Assembly (NCBI GenBank): GCA_035546115.1 | Contig: DASZWV010000398.1 | Coordinates: forward strand, 1-29,529 | Source of the DNA: Phycisphaerales bacterium | Lineage (GTDB): Bacteria > Planctomycetota > Phycisphaerae > Phycisphaerales > UBA1924 | DNA: 29,529 nt | Direction: 5' to 3' | Shown: one piece after another, positions 17,013-25,622 of the stretch | Position numbering within the stretch: position 1 is the first letter of the stretch | How the letters are laid out: every line of letters begins with the position of its first letter | Notes under the pieces: generated by a model | The model's input: only the letters and a program-made list of their open reading frames with translations | The model's database searches: none | What the model was told of the DNA's origin: nothing | Translations under genes and position numbers: made by a program

Positions 17013-18074
17013 ATGGCCGTGTACGCTTCGACTCCCGTGAACGCCACTCAAACGAACTCGGCCGCGTCTTCCCGCTCGCCCCGCACGGTTGCCGTCACCG
17101 GCTGCACCGGCTTTGTCGGCAGGCATGTCGTGCGAGAGTTGTTGGGGCGCGGATACCTGGTCCGGGGGCTCATCCGCGATGCGGAGAGGGCCCGCGGGGT
17201 GTTCGGGGCGCGGCCGCCCGAGGGGCTGGCGACGGTGGTCGGCGATGTGTGCGACGGGCAGGCCCTGGATGCGCTGGTTCGCGGGTGCGATGCGGTGATC
17301 CACCTGGTGGGGATCATCCGCGAGGTTCGCGGCGAGGCCGCCGATCTGCCGCAGACCTTCGAGCGGATGCACGTCCGGGCGACCAAGGCGATCGTGGATG
17401 CGTGCGCTCGCGCGGGCGTGCGGCGGTATCTTCACATGTCGGCGCTCACGGTCGGGCCCGAGGGGAAGAGCCGGTATCAGAAGACCAAGTGGGAGGCGGA
17501 GCAGATCGTGCGGCGGACGGAGTTGGACTGGACGATCTTCCGCCCGGGGATCATCCACGGGCCGGACGGCGAGTTCATGCAGACCATGGCGGAGCTGGCC
17601 TCGGGCGAGGCGCCGCCGTATCTGTTCATCCCGTACTTTGCGCGGGCGAGGGTGGACCATCGCGTGGTGATGGGCGCCGTGACGTACGAGCCGGCGATGG
17701 CCCAGCCGGTGGCGGTGGAGGATGTGGCGTTCGCGTTCGCGCAGGCGATCGAGACACCGGGGGCGATCGGGGAGATCTACAACCTCGTGGGCTCGGAGCG
17801 GCTGGACTGGCGCGAGATGGTGGAGTTCATCCGCGACACGATCCCCGGGACGAAGAAGGGGCTGGGCGTGTGGTACGTGCCGGGGAACCACGCCGCGACG
17901 CTGGCGCGGGTGGCCGACAGGATCGGGCTGGGGAGCCTGCTGCCGTTCGACGAGGGGCAGGCGCTCATGGCGACCGACGACACGGTGGCGGACCCGACCA
18001 AGGCGCGGGTGGACCTTGGGCTGGAGCCGAAGGGCTTTCGGGAGACGGTGCGGGGATATGCGGGGATGGTGTGA
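17013..18074 (+). CDS. Atypical SDR NAD(P)-binding protein (NDUFA9-like)
   Basis: VAVTGCTGFVG, VIHLVGII, YLHMSAL, YQKTKWEAE, FRPGIIHG, QPVAVEDVA. Confidence 0.9.
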   Translation: MAVYASTPVNATQTNSAASSRSPRTVAVTGCTGFVGRHVVRELLGRGYLVRGLIRDAERARGVFGARPPEGLATVVGDVCDGQALDALVRGCDAVIHLVGIIREVRGEAADLPQTFERMHVRATKAIVDACARAGVRRYLHMSALTVGPEGKSRYQKTKWEAEQIVRRTELDWTIFRPGIIHGPDGEFMQTMAELASGEAPPYLFIPYFARARVDHRVVMGAVTYEPAMAQPVAVEDVAFAFAQAIETPGAIGEIYNLVGSERLDWREMVEFIRDTIPGTKKGLGVWYVPGNHAATLARVADRIGLGSLLPFDEGQALMATDDTVADPTKARVDLGLEPKGFRETVRGYAGMV

Positions 18075-18670
18075 GCTTGGTAGCGAGTCGAGGTGTCACC
18101 CTCGCGTGTCTTTCACTCTGCTTCGCGGCGTGCGCGAGCGATCGGAGTGCTTACAAGCAGGGGTACGCGCAGGGAGTGTTCGATCTCCAGGGGCCGTTCG
18201 ATACGGGTCAGTCGATCACCAGCGATGGGGCGGGGCATGCGCTCTACGCGGAAACGTGGCTCTCCCGCCCTCGAAGTGCCGACGAAGTCGAGAACAACCG
18301 GTGGCCTCCGGCGGAGGCAATCGCGGTGCTGGACCTGCGCGACGTGCAGGGGCTGGACGGGCCCGGTGCGGGGCTGGGCGCGGAGAATGGCACGCTGGGA
18401 TTCGACCTGAACCTGATGCCCTATCTGCTGCGGCATTTCGGGGCAGCGCCAATCGTGGTGTACAAGCTGCCCTCGCTCGTGGAGCGGGAGAGGCGGGATC
18501 CGGCTGTTCGTCGCGCCGTGCAAAGGATTGTGGACGATCGGTACGAGGTTCGGGTGATCTCCGAGGCCTCGTTCGACAACTTCAACCCGGGCGCCACGCT
18601 TCCGCTGCATCCGAAGCCGTTCAGGTTCGTCGCCCCACGGTTTCGGCTGCGATCGGCGGATTCGCCGTGA
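18071..18670 (+). CDS. Hypothetical lipoprotein (199 aa)
   Basis: Last 199 codons of the tracked 17003-18670 ORF; GTGA overlap with upstream stop; lipobox FAAC. Confidence 0.65.
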   Translation: MSLVASRGVTLACLSLCFAACASDRSAYKQGYAQGVFDLQGPFDTGQSITSDGAGHALYAETWLSRPRSADEVENNRWPPAEAIAVLDLRDVQGLDGPGAGLGAENGTLGFDLNLMPYLLRHFGAAPIVVYKLPSLVERERRDPAVRRAVQRIVDDRYEVRVISEASFDNFNPGATLPLHPKPFRFVAPRFRLRSADSP

Positions 18671-18714
18671 AATGAGGCCCCACCTGCACGGATCGAGCGA
18701 ATCCGCCTCGGCTG

Positions 18715-18723
18715 TGCTACACT
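18715..18723 (+). promoter_or_regulatory. Extended -10 promoter (TGcTACACT) upstream of rnr leader
   Basis: TGnTAnnnT match 163 nt before the rnr ATG. Confidence 0.55.
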
Positions 18724-18729
18724 TGAGTC

Positions 18730-18872
18730 CGAAGGGGATTCGGCCGATGATTCGGCACGTTCGGGGGTAACTCAGATATCCTTGTTGGAAACCACCCCTC
18801 GCCGGGGATTTTTTCCGGCGGACGGTCCGTTGATGGGCCGGCGAATCCCTTCGTTTTTCTTCTCCTTTTTCT
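18730..18872 (+). ncRNA. Candidate structured sRNA or attenuator leader
   Basis: 18730-18746 pairs with 18839-18853 (15 bp, two bulges), followed by a U-rich tract 18854-18872; internal hairpins; begins 7 nt after the -10 box. Confidence 0.4.
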
Positions 18873-18886
18873 ACAGAGAGATTTGA

Positions 18887-21349
18887 ATGTCATTGAAGTT
18901 TGAGCGGCGTCTCGTTGAGCACTTGAAGCACGAGCGCTACGTGCCCGGCGCGGTCCGGGCCCTCGCGAGCGATCTGGCGATCGACTCGGAGGACATGCCC
19001 GAGTTCGAGGCGGCGGTGGAGGCCCTCGTGGGCAGGGGCGTGCTGACGCGGGATGGGTCGGGGAACATCAAGCTGCCCGCGATGGGCGACGAGATCACCG
19101 GCACGCTCCGCAAGAACCAGCGCGGGTTCGGGTTCGTGATCCCGGAGGCCGCGTTTCGCGAGGGGGATGTGTTCATCCCGCCGGACTCGATGCTCGATGC
19201 GCTCACGGGCGACGTTGTGCGGGTGCGCGTCTATCGATCGATGCGCAACGGATCGCCGGACGTGACGGGCGAGGTCGTCGAGGTGCTGGAGCGCAAGCGG
19301 GCCGGTTTCACCGGCGAGCTGAAGAAACGCGGGGGCCTGTGGGTTGTTCTTCCCGACGGCAAGGAGCTCACGCAGCCGATCGTCGTGAAGGACCCGGCCG
19401 TCAAGAACGCGAAGGAGGGCGACAAGGTCGTCATCGAGATCACGAGCTATCCGCAGGGTAACGAGCTGGGCGAGGGCGTGATCACCAAGGTGCTCGGCGA
19501 GGCCGGGCTGCCGGACGTCGAGACCCAGGCGGTCATCGAGGCGTTCGGGCTGCCGGGAGAGTTCTCAAGGGAGTGCGTCGATCAGGCGCGGGCCGCGGCG
19601 GCCAAGTACGAGGTCGATCTCCGCGAGGGCGATCGAAACGGATGGACCGACCGCATCGACATGCGCGACCAGTTCATCATCACGATCGACCCGAGCGACT
19701 CGAAGGACTACGACGATGCGATCTCGATCGCGCCGGCGCCCGACGGCGGGTGGTATCTCGGCGTGCACATCGCGGATGTGGCGCACTTCATCCCGCCGGG
19801 GACGCCGCTGGATGTGGAGGCGCGGGAGCGCGGCAACAGCTGCTACCTGCCGCGGATGGTGATCCCGATGCTGCCGGAGGTGCTGAGCAACGGGATCTGC
19901 TCGCTGTCGGAGGGCGTGGCGCGGTTCTGCAAGAGCGCGTTCATGCACTACGACGCGGATGGGAACATGCTCTCGGAGAAGGTCGGGGCGACGCTGATCA
20001 AGTCGGCCAAGCGGCTGACCTATCTGGAGGCCCAGGCGCTGATCGACGGCGACCTGCGCGAGGCCCGCAAGCACGCCAGGACGGAGCCGAAGTACACCGA
20101 CCAGTTGATCAAGACGCTGCGGTCGATGGACTCGCTGGCGAAGGTGATCCGGGCGAGGCGTCGCGCGGCGGGGATGATCCATCTGGACCTGCCCGAGGTG
20201 AACCTGATCTTCGACGATGCGGGGCACGTGATCGACGCCGAGCCCGAGGACGACTCGTTCACGCACACGCTCATCGAGATGTTCATGGTCGAGGCGAACG
20301 AGGTGCTGGCGCGCCTGTTCGCGGACATGCACGTGCCGCTCCTGCGGCGCGTGCACCCCGAGCCGCCGCCGGGAGATGTGCAGGACCTGCGGCAGATGGC
20401 GCGGGTCGCGGGGTTCGCGATCCCGAAGAACCCGACGCGCCAGGAGCTCCAGAACCTGCTGGACTCCACGGCGGGAACGACCTCGGCGCGGGCCGTGCAC
20501 TTCGCGGTGCTGCGGACGCTGACCAAGGCGGAGTATTCGCCGGCGGACATCGGGCACTTCGCGCTGGCGAGCGAGGCGTACGCGCACTTCACCAGCCCGA
20601 TCCGGCGGTACGCGGATCTGACGGTGCATCGTGCGCTCGCGGCGTACCTCCGGCAGACGGACAACGGGGCGAAGGGGCCCAGGTCGGAGAAGGACCGCAA
20701 GCGGCTCGGGCGCGTGCTCATGCAGCTCGGCGAGAAGCATGGCGTGATGAGCGAGGAAGACCTCGTCGAGATCGGCCGGCACTGCTCGGCGATGGAGAAC
20801 CGGGCCGAGGGCGCGGAGCAGAGCCTGCGCGGGTTCCTGGTGCTGCAACTGCTGACGAACCACCTCGGCGAGACGTTCCCCGGGTTGGTGACGGGCGTGA
20901 CCGGCGCGGGCGTGTTCATCCAGATCGAGAAGTATCTCGCCGAGGGGCTCATCAAGACCGCCGACCTTCCATCCGGGGGCGGGCAGCGGGGCGGGCGCTG
21001 GAGCGTTGATCAGCGCACGGGCGCGCTGGTGAACCAGGGGACCGGGCGGTCGTTCAGCGTGGGGGATCGCGTGGACGTGACGATCGCGGCGATCGATCTG
21101 GCGCTGCGGCGGATGGACCTGATCGTGGCCGATCCGCGAGCGCGCGATCAGGGCAAGGGCAAGCACGCCGGCAAGGCCGGTCCCGACGGCAAGAAGCCCA
21201 AGGACCGCACCCCGGCCAAGGCGAACGCGGGGTACGACGAGTTCTTCCACCACAACCGGCTCACGGGCTCGAAGCGGCGGGCGATGCGCTCCAAGCAGCG
21301 CGACCAGGGCAAGCAGGATTTCCGCGGGAAGAACAAGCGGGGCAAGTAG
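18887..21349 (+). CDS. rnr: Ribonuclease R
   Basis: N-terminal HTH and CSDs (RGFGFV), RNB motif IDPSDSKDYDDA, HFTSPIRRYADL, S1 domain, basic tail. Confidence 0.96.
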   Translation: MSLKFERRLVEHLKHERYVPGAVRALASDLAIDSEDMPEFEAAVEALVGRGVLTRDGSGNIKLPAMGDEITGTLRKNQRGFGFVIPEAAFREGDVFIPPDSMLDALTGDVVRVRVYRSMRNGSPDVTGEVVEVLERKRAGFTGELKKRGGLWVVLPDGKELTQPIVVKDPAVKNAKEGDKVVIEITSYPQGNELGEGVITKVLGEAGLPDVETQAVIEAFGLPGEFSRECVDQARAAAAKYEVDLREGDRNGWTDRIDMRDQFIITIDPSDSKDYDDAISIAPAPDGGWYLGVHIADVAHFIPPGTPLDVEARERGNSCYLPRMVIPMLPEVLSNGICSLSEGVARFCKSAFMHYDADGNMLSEKVGATLIKSAKRLTYLEAQALIDGDLREARKHARTEPKYTDQLIKTLRSMDSLAKVIRARRRAAGMIHLDLPEVNLIFDDAGHVIDAEPEDDSFTHTLIEMFMVEANEVLARLFADMHVPLLRRVHPEPPPGDVQDLRQMARVAGFAIPKNPTRQELQNLLDSTAGTTSARAVHFAVLRTLTKAEYSPADIGHFALASEAYAHFTSPIRRYADLTVHRALAAYLRQTDNGAKGPRSEKDRKRLGRVLMQLGEKHGVMSEEDLVEIGRHCSAMENRAEGAEQSLRGFLVLQLLTNHLGETFPGLVTGVTGAGVFIQIEKYLAEGLIKTADLPSGGGQRGGRWSVDQRTGALVNQGTGRSFSVGDRVDVTIAAIDLALRRMDLIVADPRARDQGKGKHAGKAGPDGKKPKDRTPAKANAGYDEFFHHNRLTGSKRRAMRSKQRDQGKQDFRGKNKRGK

Positions 21350-21357
21350 TTGCGCGG

Positions 21358-21363
21358 TATTCT
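21358..21363 (+). promoter_or_regulatory. Candidate -10 box (TATTCT) for the Cys-rich protein
   Basis: TAnnnT just after the rnr stop; GGAGG Shine-Dalgarno precedes ATG 21444. Confidence 0.4.
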
Positions 21364-21443
21364 GCGAGGGTTCAACTTGCGGCCCGGAAACCGCGGCGTT
21401 CTTCCGGCCGAATGGACGCGGTTCTGCCACTCGGGAGGCTCCG

Positions 21444-24400
21444 ATGAAAACCCGTCTGGCGTCGTCGATGCTCGCCGCGGCCGCCCTCACGGCGGCGGCG
21501 GGCGCACAGACCGTTGAGTTCCGAATCGTGGAGGAGGCGCTCAGCGGCGACGCCTCGACGGTGATCGCGGCGCCGCCCTCGCAGGGGACGACGCTCGGGG
21601 TCTCCAACCTCACCGGCAACTACGCCGTGCAGGCGCGCGTGACCGCCGGGCCCGGCGGCGTCGCACTCGGCGGGTTCGACTTCGACATCGTCATCCTCAA
21701 CGAGGCCGATGCCAATGGCCAGTTGGTCAAGATGCGCATCAGCAACCCCGACGGCTCGTACTTCACCGGCTCTCCCGCGCTCAATGCCGCGGTCGGCACG
21801 GGCGGCCTGGCCAGAACCTACACGTATCTCGCGGGCATCAACGCGGCGTTCAACGGCCAGATCAACACCTCGCTGGGCACGTTCAGCAACAACCCGGCCC
21901 AGCAGGAGATCGGCCTCATCACCGCTTCGGCCTCCGGCAGCGCCCTCCTCGGCGTTCCGAACATGGACCCCTCGGGCGAGGGCAACGTCGGCACGTGGTC
22001 CGGTTACGGCCTGGGCGCAACGCCGCTCGGCGGCGCGACAGCCTCGATCGATCCCACCTTGGGAGCCACGTACTTCGCCCAGGGTCAGTTCATCGACATC
22101 TACCGATTCCGATACACGATCAGCGACACGACGGGGCGCACGCTGAACATCACGCTCGACCATGCCTCGGCCCAGGTCTTCAGCAACTTTCTTTTCAACA
22201 ACGGCTCGTGGGGTCCGCAGGCCGCGACGGTTGATGCGGGGAGCGTCACCGTCACCCCGCTTGTCGTCACGGTGGGCGTGCCGGGAGCCTGCTGCGATCT
22301 CGGCTCGGGCGGCTGCACGTTGGTCCTGGAGAGCCTCTGCACGTTCGGAACATTCAGCGCGGGAGCGTGCGCTCCGAATCCATGCCCGGAGCCGCAGGGC
22401 CAGTGCTGCGACATGAACGGCTGCACGACGACCACGCTCGCCGGCTGTCCGCAGGGCAACACCTGGACGCTGACGTGCTGCAACGTGGCGAGCGGCGCCT
22501 GCACGACGACGACCCAGCCGGGGTGCGCCACGGGGAACGCGTGGATGGTCGCCACGACCTGCACGCCCAACCCGTGCCCGGCGCCGCCGCAGGGAAGCTG
22601 CTGCGTCATCGCAACGGGGGCCTGCTCCGAAACGGCGCAGATCGACTGCGATTCGGGAAGCACCTGGACGCTCGCGGGGATGTGCACGCCCAACACGTGC
22701 GTGCAGCCGCTGGGCACGTGCTGCAATGGAAACGCCTGCACGAACACGACGCAGGCCGCGTGCGCGGTCGGAAACGTCTGGACCCTGGGAGCGGTGTGCA
22801 GCGCGGGAGTGTGTCCGGGGACGTGCTGCAACGTGAGCACGGGGACGTGCTCGATCCAGGTTGCATCCACCTGCGGCCTGGCAACGCACACATGGGCCGC
22901 GGGCGGGATGTGCACGCCGAATCCGTGCGAGCAGCCCGGCGACTGCTGCGACCCGGCGACAGGGAACTGCCAGCGGCTCATCGCCTCTCGCTGCACGGGA
23001 AGCTCGACGTGGATGATGTCGAGCACCTGCTCACCGAATCCCTGCCCGCAGCCGCCGGGCGCCTGCTGCGATCCGATCGGTCTGACGTGCACGAGCACCA
23101 CCCAGGCAGGATGCGCTTCGGGCTCCAACTGGCACGCCGGCCTTGACTGCATGACCGTGGTATGCCCTCCTGCGGGCACCTGCTGCGACTCCACGAACGG
23201 CGCGTGCTCTTTGCAGATCCAGGATTCGTGCGGCACCAACAACACGTGGACGACCGGAGGGTCCTGCACGCCCAACCCCTGCCCGTCCCCGAGCGCGTGC
23301 TGCAACATCTTTACGGGGGCGTGCACGCTATCGGTGGCGGCGGCGACCGTCGCGTACAGCTACACGTACACCAAGGGACTCGGCGGATACGCGCGAAGCG
23401 ATCTGGGGGGAACGGTGGAGCGCATCAACGCCAGGTTTGAGCCGATCGGCAAGCGGCTGGTGTTCGATGTGCAGTTGAGCGGCGCGGCGAGTGGTGATCC
23501 GCTCACGACCGCCGGCTTCTGGCTCGTGCTCGATCGTGGGCCGAACCCAAAGGCCCATCCGGGCGAGCTGGCGATCTTCTACTTCGACGCGCAGACGCTC
23601 GGCTCGCCGCTCATGACCGTGTACACGTACAACGGCGTGGATGCGGGAACGTCTTGGAGCGACGGCGACCCCTTTGCGCTCAACGATCAGCCCGGCGACC
23701 TGATCAAGGGCGTGTACGAGACCTCGTACATCAACGCGATCGTCGCGGAGGACATCACCGTCTCGGGCCAGCCCCGTCGCCACATGATGTTCGACATCGA
23801 TGCGAGCGACATCGTCGCGCACGTGCCGCAGTATCTCCCGGTCGGCGGGGGGGCGTGGTTCGGGACGGGTTTCGATCTTGCGCTCGGCCTGTGGTTCCAC
23901 CCGGTGCAGAGCTTTGCCGCAACCTACGAGGCGAACTCGGGCGGCGCTCGTGGCGGGCTGGCCTCGCTCACCACCGGCGCCGAGGGGTGGCTGGATGGGA
24001 CGAATCGCCCGACCACCGACAACGATCCCTGCCCGAGTGGCAGTGTGATCTCCACCCAGAGCGCCTGCACCCCGAGCAATCCCTGCGCGCCGCAGCGGGC
24101 GTGCTGCAACGCCACCAGCGGGATGTGCGTCGTGGTCTACCCGCTCGACGACTGCCCGGCGGGCTTCGTGTTCGCATCGCCGGCGGCCATTTCGTGCTCG
24201 CCGAGTCCCTGCCCGAGCCTCGCCCGCCAGCCCAGCGGCACCTGCTGCAACACCCTCACGGGGATGTGCTGCGTCATCCCGCTCAGCGGGTGCAACCCGA
24301 CGGCTTTCGCGTGGCTGGAGGGAGGGACGTGCGCGACCAGCGGGTGCCCGGCGCTGCAGGGGGCGTGCTGCAACTTCATCACCGGCGGGTGCACCGTGCT

Positions 24401-25511
24401 CGCGCAGGGCGCGTGCGGGACGGCGGCGCATGATTGGTCGGCGGGCGGAGCCTGCTCGTCGGGCGAGTGCGCCGCCCCGGGAATCTGCTGCGACACCGGC
24501 GCCGGCACGTGCCGGCGCTCGACGCGGATGCGCTGCACCACGGGCTGCACGTGGGCGCCGGCGGGGGCGTGCTCGCCCAGTCCGTGCTCGCAGACAGGGG
24601 CGTGCTGCAACATCCTCGTGGGCACCTGCTTCGTGGCGGCCCAATCGGCGTGCCCACCCGCCGCGCACGACTGGATGCCGGTGTCGTGCACGCCGAATCT
24701 CTGTGCCGTCCCGGGCGTGTGCTGCGATGCCGCGACGCTGGCGTGCACGCGGCGCACGCCGGAGCGCTGCACGAGCGGGAGCGTCTGGGGCGCGGGTGGG
24801 GCGGCGGCGTGCTCACCGAATCCCTGCGCGCAGCCCGGGGCGTGCTGCAACGTGCTCGTCGGAACCTGCCAGTTGACCCTGCAAGCGGCGTGCGGACCGG
24901 CCGCGCACGATTGGTCGGTGGGCGCGACATGCTCCCCGGGCACCTGCGCCGCAACGGGCGTGTGCTGCGACCTCGCGAGCGGGGCGTGCCGGCGACTCAC
25001 CCAAGCGCGGTGCATGGCCGGCGCGGCGGGCGCCGCGGGGTGCGTCTGGGCGACGCCGCCGGTCTGCTCGCCCAGCCCGTGTGGCATGCCTCAGGGGGCG
25101 TGCTGCGATGTGACTCTGGGGACCTGCGCGGTCGTGGTGCAGTCCGAGTGCGACACCAAGGAGCACGACTGGGTCGGCGCCGCCTCATGCTCCGTCGGGT
25201 GCGCAAGCCCCAGCGCGTGCTGCGACGGATCGTCGGGCCAGTGCCGCACGCTGACGCAGGCTCGCTGCATGGTCGTTGAGGGCACGTGGCTGACCGGGCA
25301 GACCTGCACGCCGAGCGCGTGCTCTTCGGGGCTGGGCAAGCCGTGCGCGGCCGACTTCGACCGCTCCGGTTCGGTGAACGCGTCTGATGTCCTGGCGTTC
25401 GTCAACGCCTGGCTGGATTCCCGGGCGAGCGCGGACTTCGACGGGTCCTCGGCCGTGGATGTGCGGGATATCTTCGCGTTCCTGAACGCCTGGTTCGCCG
25501 GCTGCGCGTGA
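21444..25511 (+). CDS. Large secreted Cys-rich repeat protein with C-terminal GC-type dockerin domain
   Basis: Signal peptide AGA-Q, ~260-aa N-terminal beta domain, 20 GxCC repeats, ~230-aa inserted domain, terminal FAGCA. Confidence 0.93.
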   Translation: MKTRLASSMLAAAALTAAAGAQTVEFRIVEEALSGDASTVIAAPPSQGTTLGVSNLTGNYAVQARVTAGPGGVALGGFDFDIVILNEADANGQLVKMRISNPDGSYFTGSPALNAAVGTGGLARTYTYLAGINAAFNGQINTSLGTFSNNPAQQEIGLITASASGSALLGVPNMDPSGEGNVGTWSGYGLGATPLGGATASIDPTLGATYFAQGQFIDIYRFRYTISDTTGRTLNITLDHASAQVFSNFLFNNGSWGPQAATVDAGSVTVTPLVVTVGVPGACCDLGSGGCTLVLESLCTFGTFSAGACAPNPCPEPQGQCCDMNGCTTTTLAGCPQGNTWTLTCCNVASGACTTTTQPGCATGNAWMVATTCTPNPCPAPPQGSCCVIATGACSETAQIDCDSGSTWTLAGMCTPNTCVQPLGTCCNGNACTNTTQAACAVGNVWTLGAVCSAGVCPGTCCNVSTGTCSIQVASTCGLATHTWAAGGMCTPNPCEQPGDCCDPATGNCQRLIASRCTGSSTWMMSSTCSPNPCPQPPGACCDPIGLTCTSTTQAGCASGSNWHAGLDCMTVVCPPAGTCCDSTNGACSLQIQDSCGTNNTWTTGGSCTPNPCPSPSACCNIFTGACTLSVAAATVAYSYTYTKGLGGYARSDLGGTVERINARFEPIGKRLVFDVQLSGAASGDPLTTAGFWLVLDRGPNPKAHPGELAIFYFDAQTLGSPLMTVYTYNGVDAGTSWSDGDPFALNDQPGDLIKGVYETSYINAIVAEDITVSGQPRRHMMFDIDASDIVAHVPQYLPVGGGAWFGTGFDLALGLWFHPVQSFAATYEANSGGARGGLASLTTGAEGWLDGTNRPTTDNDPCPSGSVISTQSACTPSNPCAPQRACCNATSGMCVVVYPLDDCPAGFVFASPAAISCSPSPCPSLARQPSGTCCNTLTGMCCVIPLSGCNPTAFAWLEGGTCATSGCPALQGACCNFITGGCTVLAQGACGTAAHDWSAGGACSSGECAAPGICCDTGAGTCRRSTRMRCTTGCTWAPAGACSPSPCSQTGACCNILVGTCFVAAQSACPPAAHDWMPVSCTPNLCAVPGVCCDAATLACTRRTPERCTSGSVWGAGGAAACSPNPCAQPGACCNVLVGTCQLTLQAACGPAAHDWSVGATCSPGTCAATGVCCDLASGACRRLTQARCMAGAAGAAGCVWATPPVCSPSPCGMPQGACCDVTLGTCAVVVQSECDTKEHDWVGAASCSVGCASPSACCDGSSGQCRTLTQARCMVVEGTWLTGQTCTPSACSSGLGKPCAADFDRSGSVNASDVLAFVNAWLDSRASADFDGSSAVDVRDIFAFLNAWFAGCA
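22284..25322 (+). repeat. Array of 20 coding Cys-rich repeats (~35-46 aa each)
   Basis: Consensus GxCC-x(4-6)-C-x7-C-x(9-14)-C-x(3-5)-C, often with W and CxPNPC; 121 Cys counted by hand. Confidence 0.9.
25344..25508 (+). other. GC-type dockerin domain (copy 2)
   Basis: CAADFDRSGSVNASDVLAFVNAW...ADFDGSSAVDVRDIFAFLNAWFAGCA. Confidence 0.88.
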
Positions 25512-25622
25512 GGACCCCGGTTGGCGGGTGGGGGACCTTGAAAACCCGCCGGGGCCCGCGGGCTAATGATTCGAATCCGGCTCGCATTTTCCGGCGGGTG
25601 TGGCAGAGTTGCGAGAAGAATC

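Noticed and set aside
17003-18070. First 356 codons of the 555-aa ORF 17003-18670
   Set aside because: Same-strand alternative frame over the SDR gene, Arg/Gly-rich; only the part from GTG 18071 looks like a protein.
18730-18872. Assignment of the rnr leader as SRP RNA, 6S RNA, Y RNA or tRNA
   Set aside because: No SRP CAGG/GGAA/AGCAG motif, shorter than typical 6S, no cloverleaf, no Ro60 gene nearby; left unassigned.
22284-25322. Possible CRISPR array or DNA tandem repeat
   Set aside because: Repeats are in frame, conserved at protein level and divergent in DNA; no identical direct repeats with spacers and no cas genes.
25515-25554. Hairpin GGCGGGT...ACCCGCC between the two dockerin genes as a terminator
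   Set aside because: 13-nt loop and no U-tract; at most a stability element.
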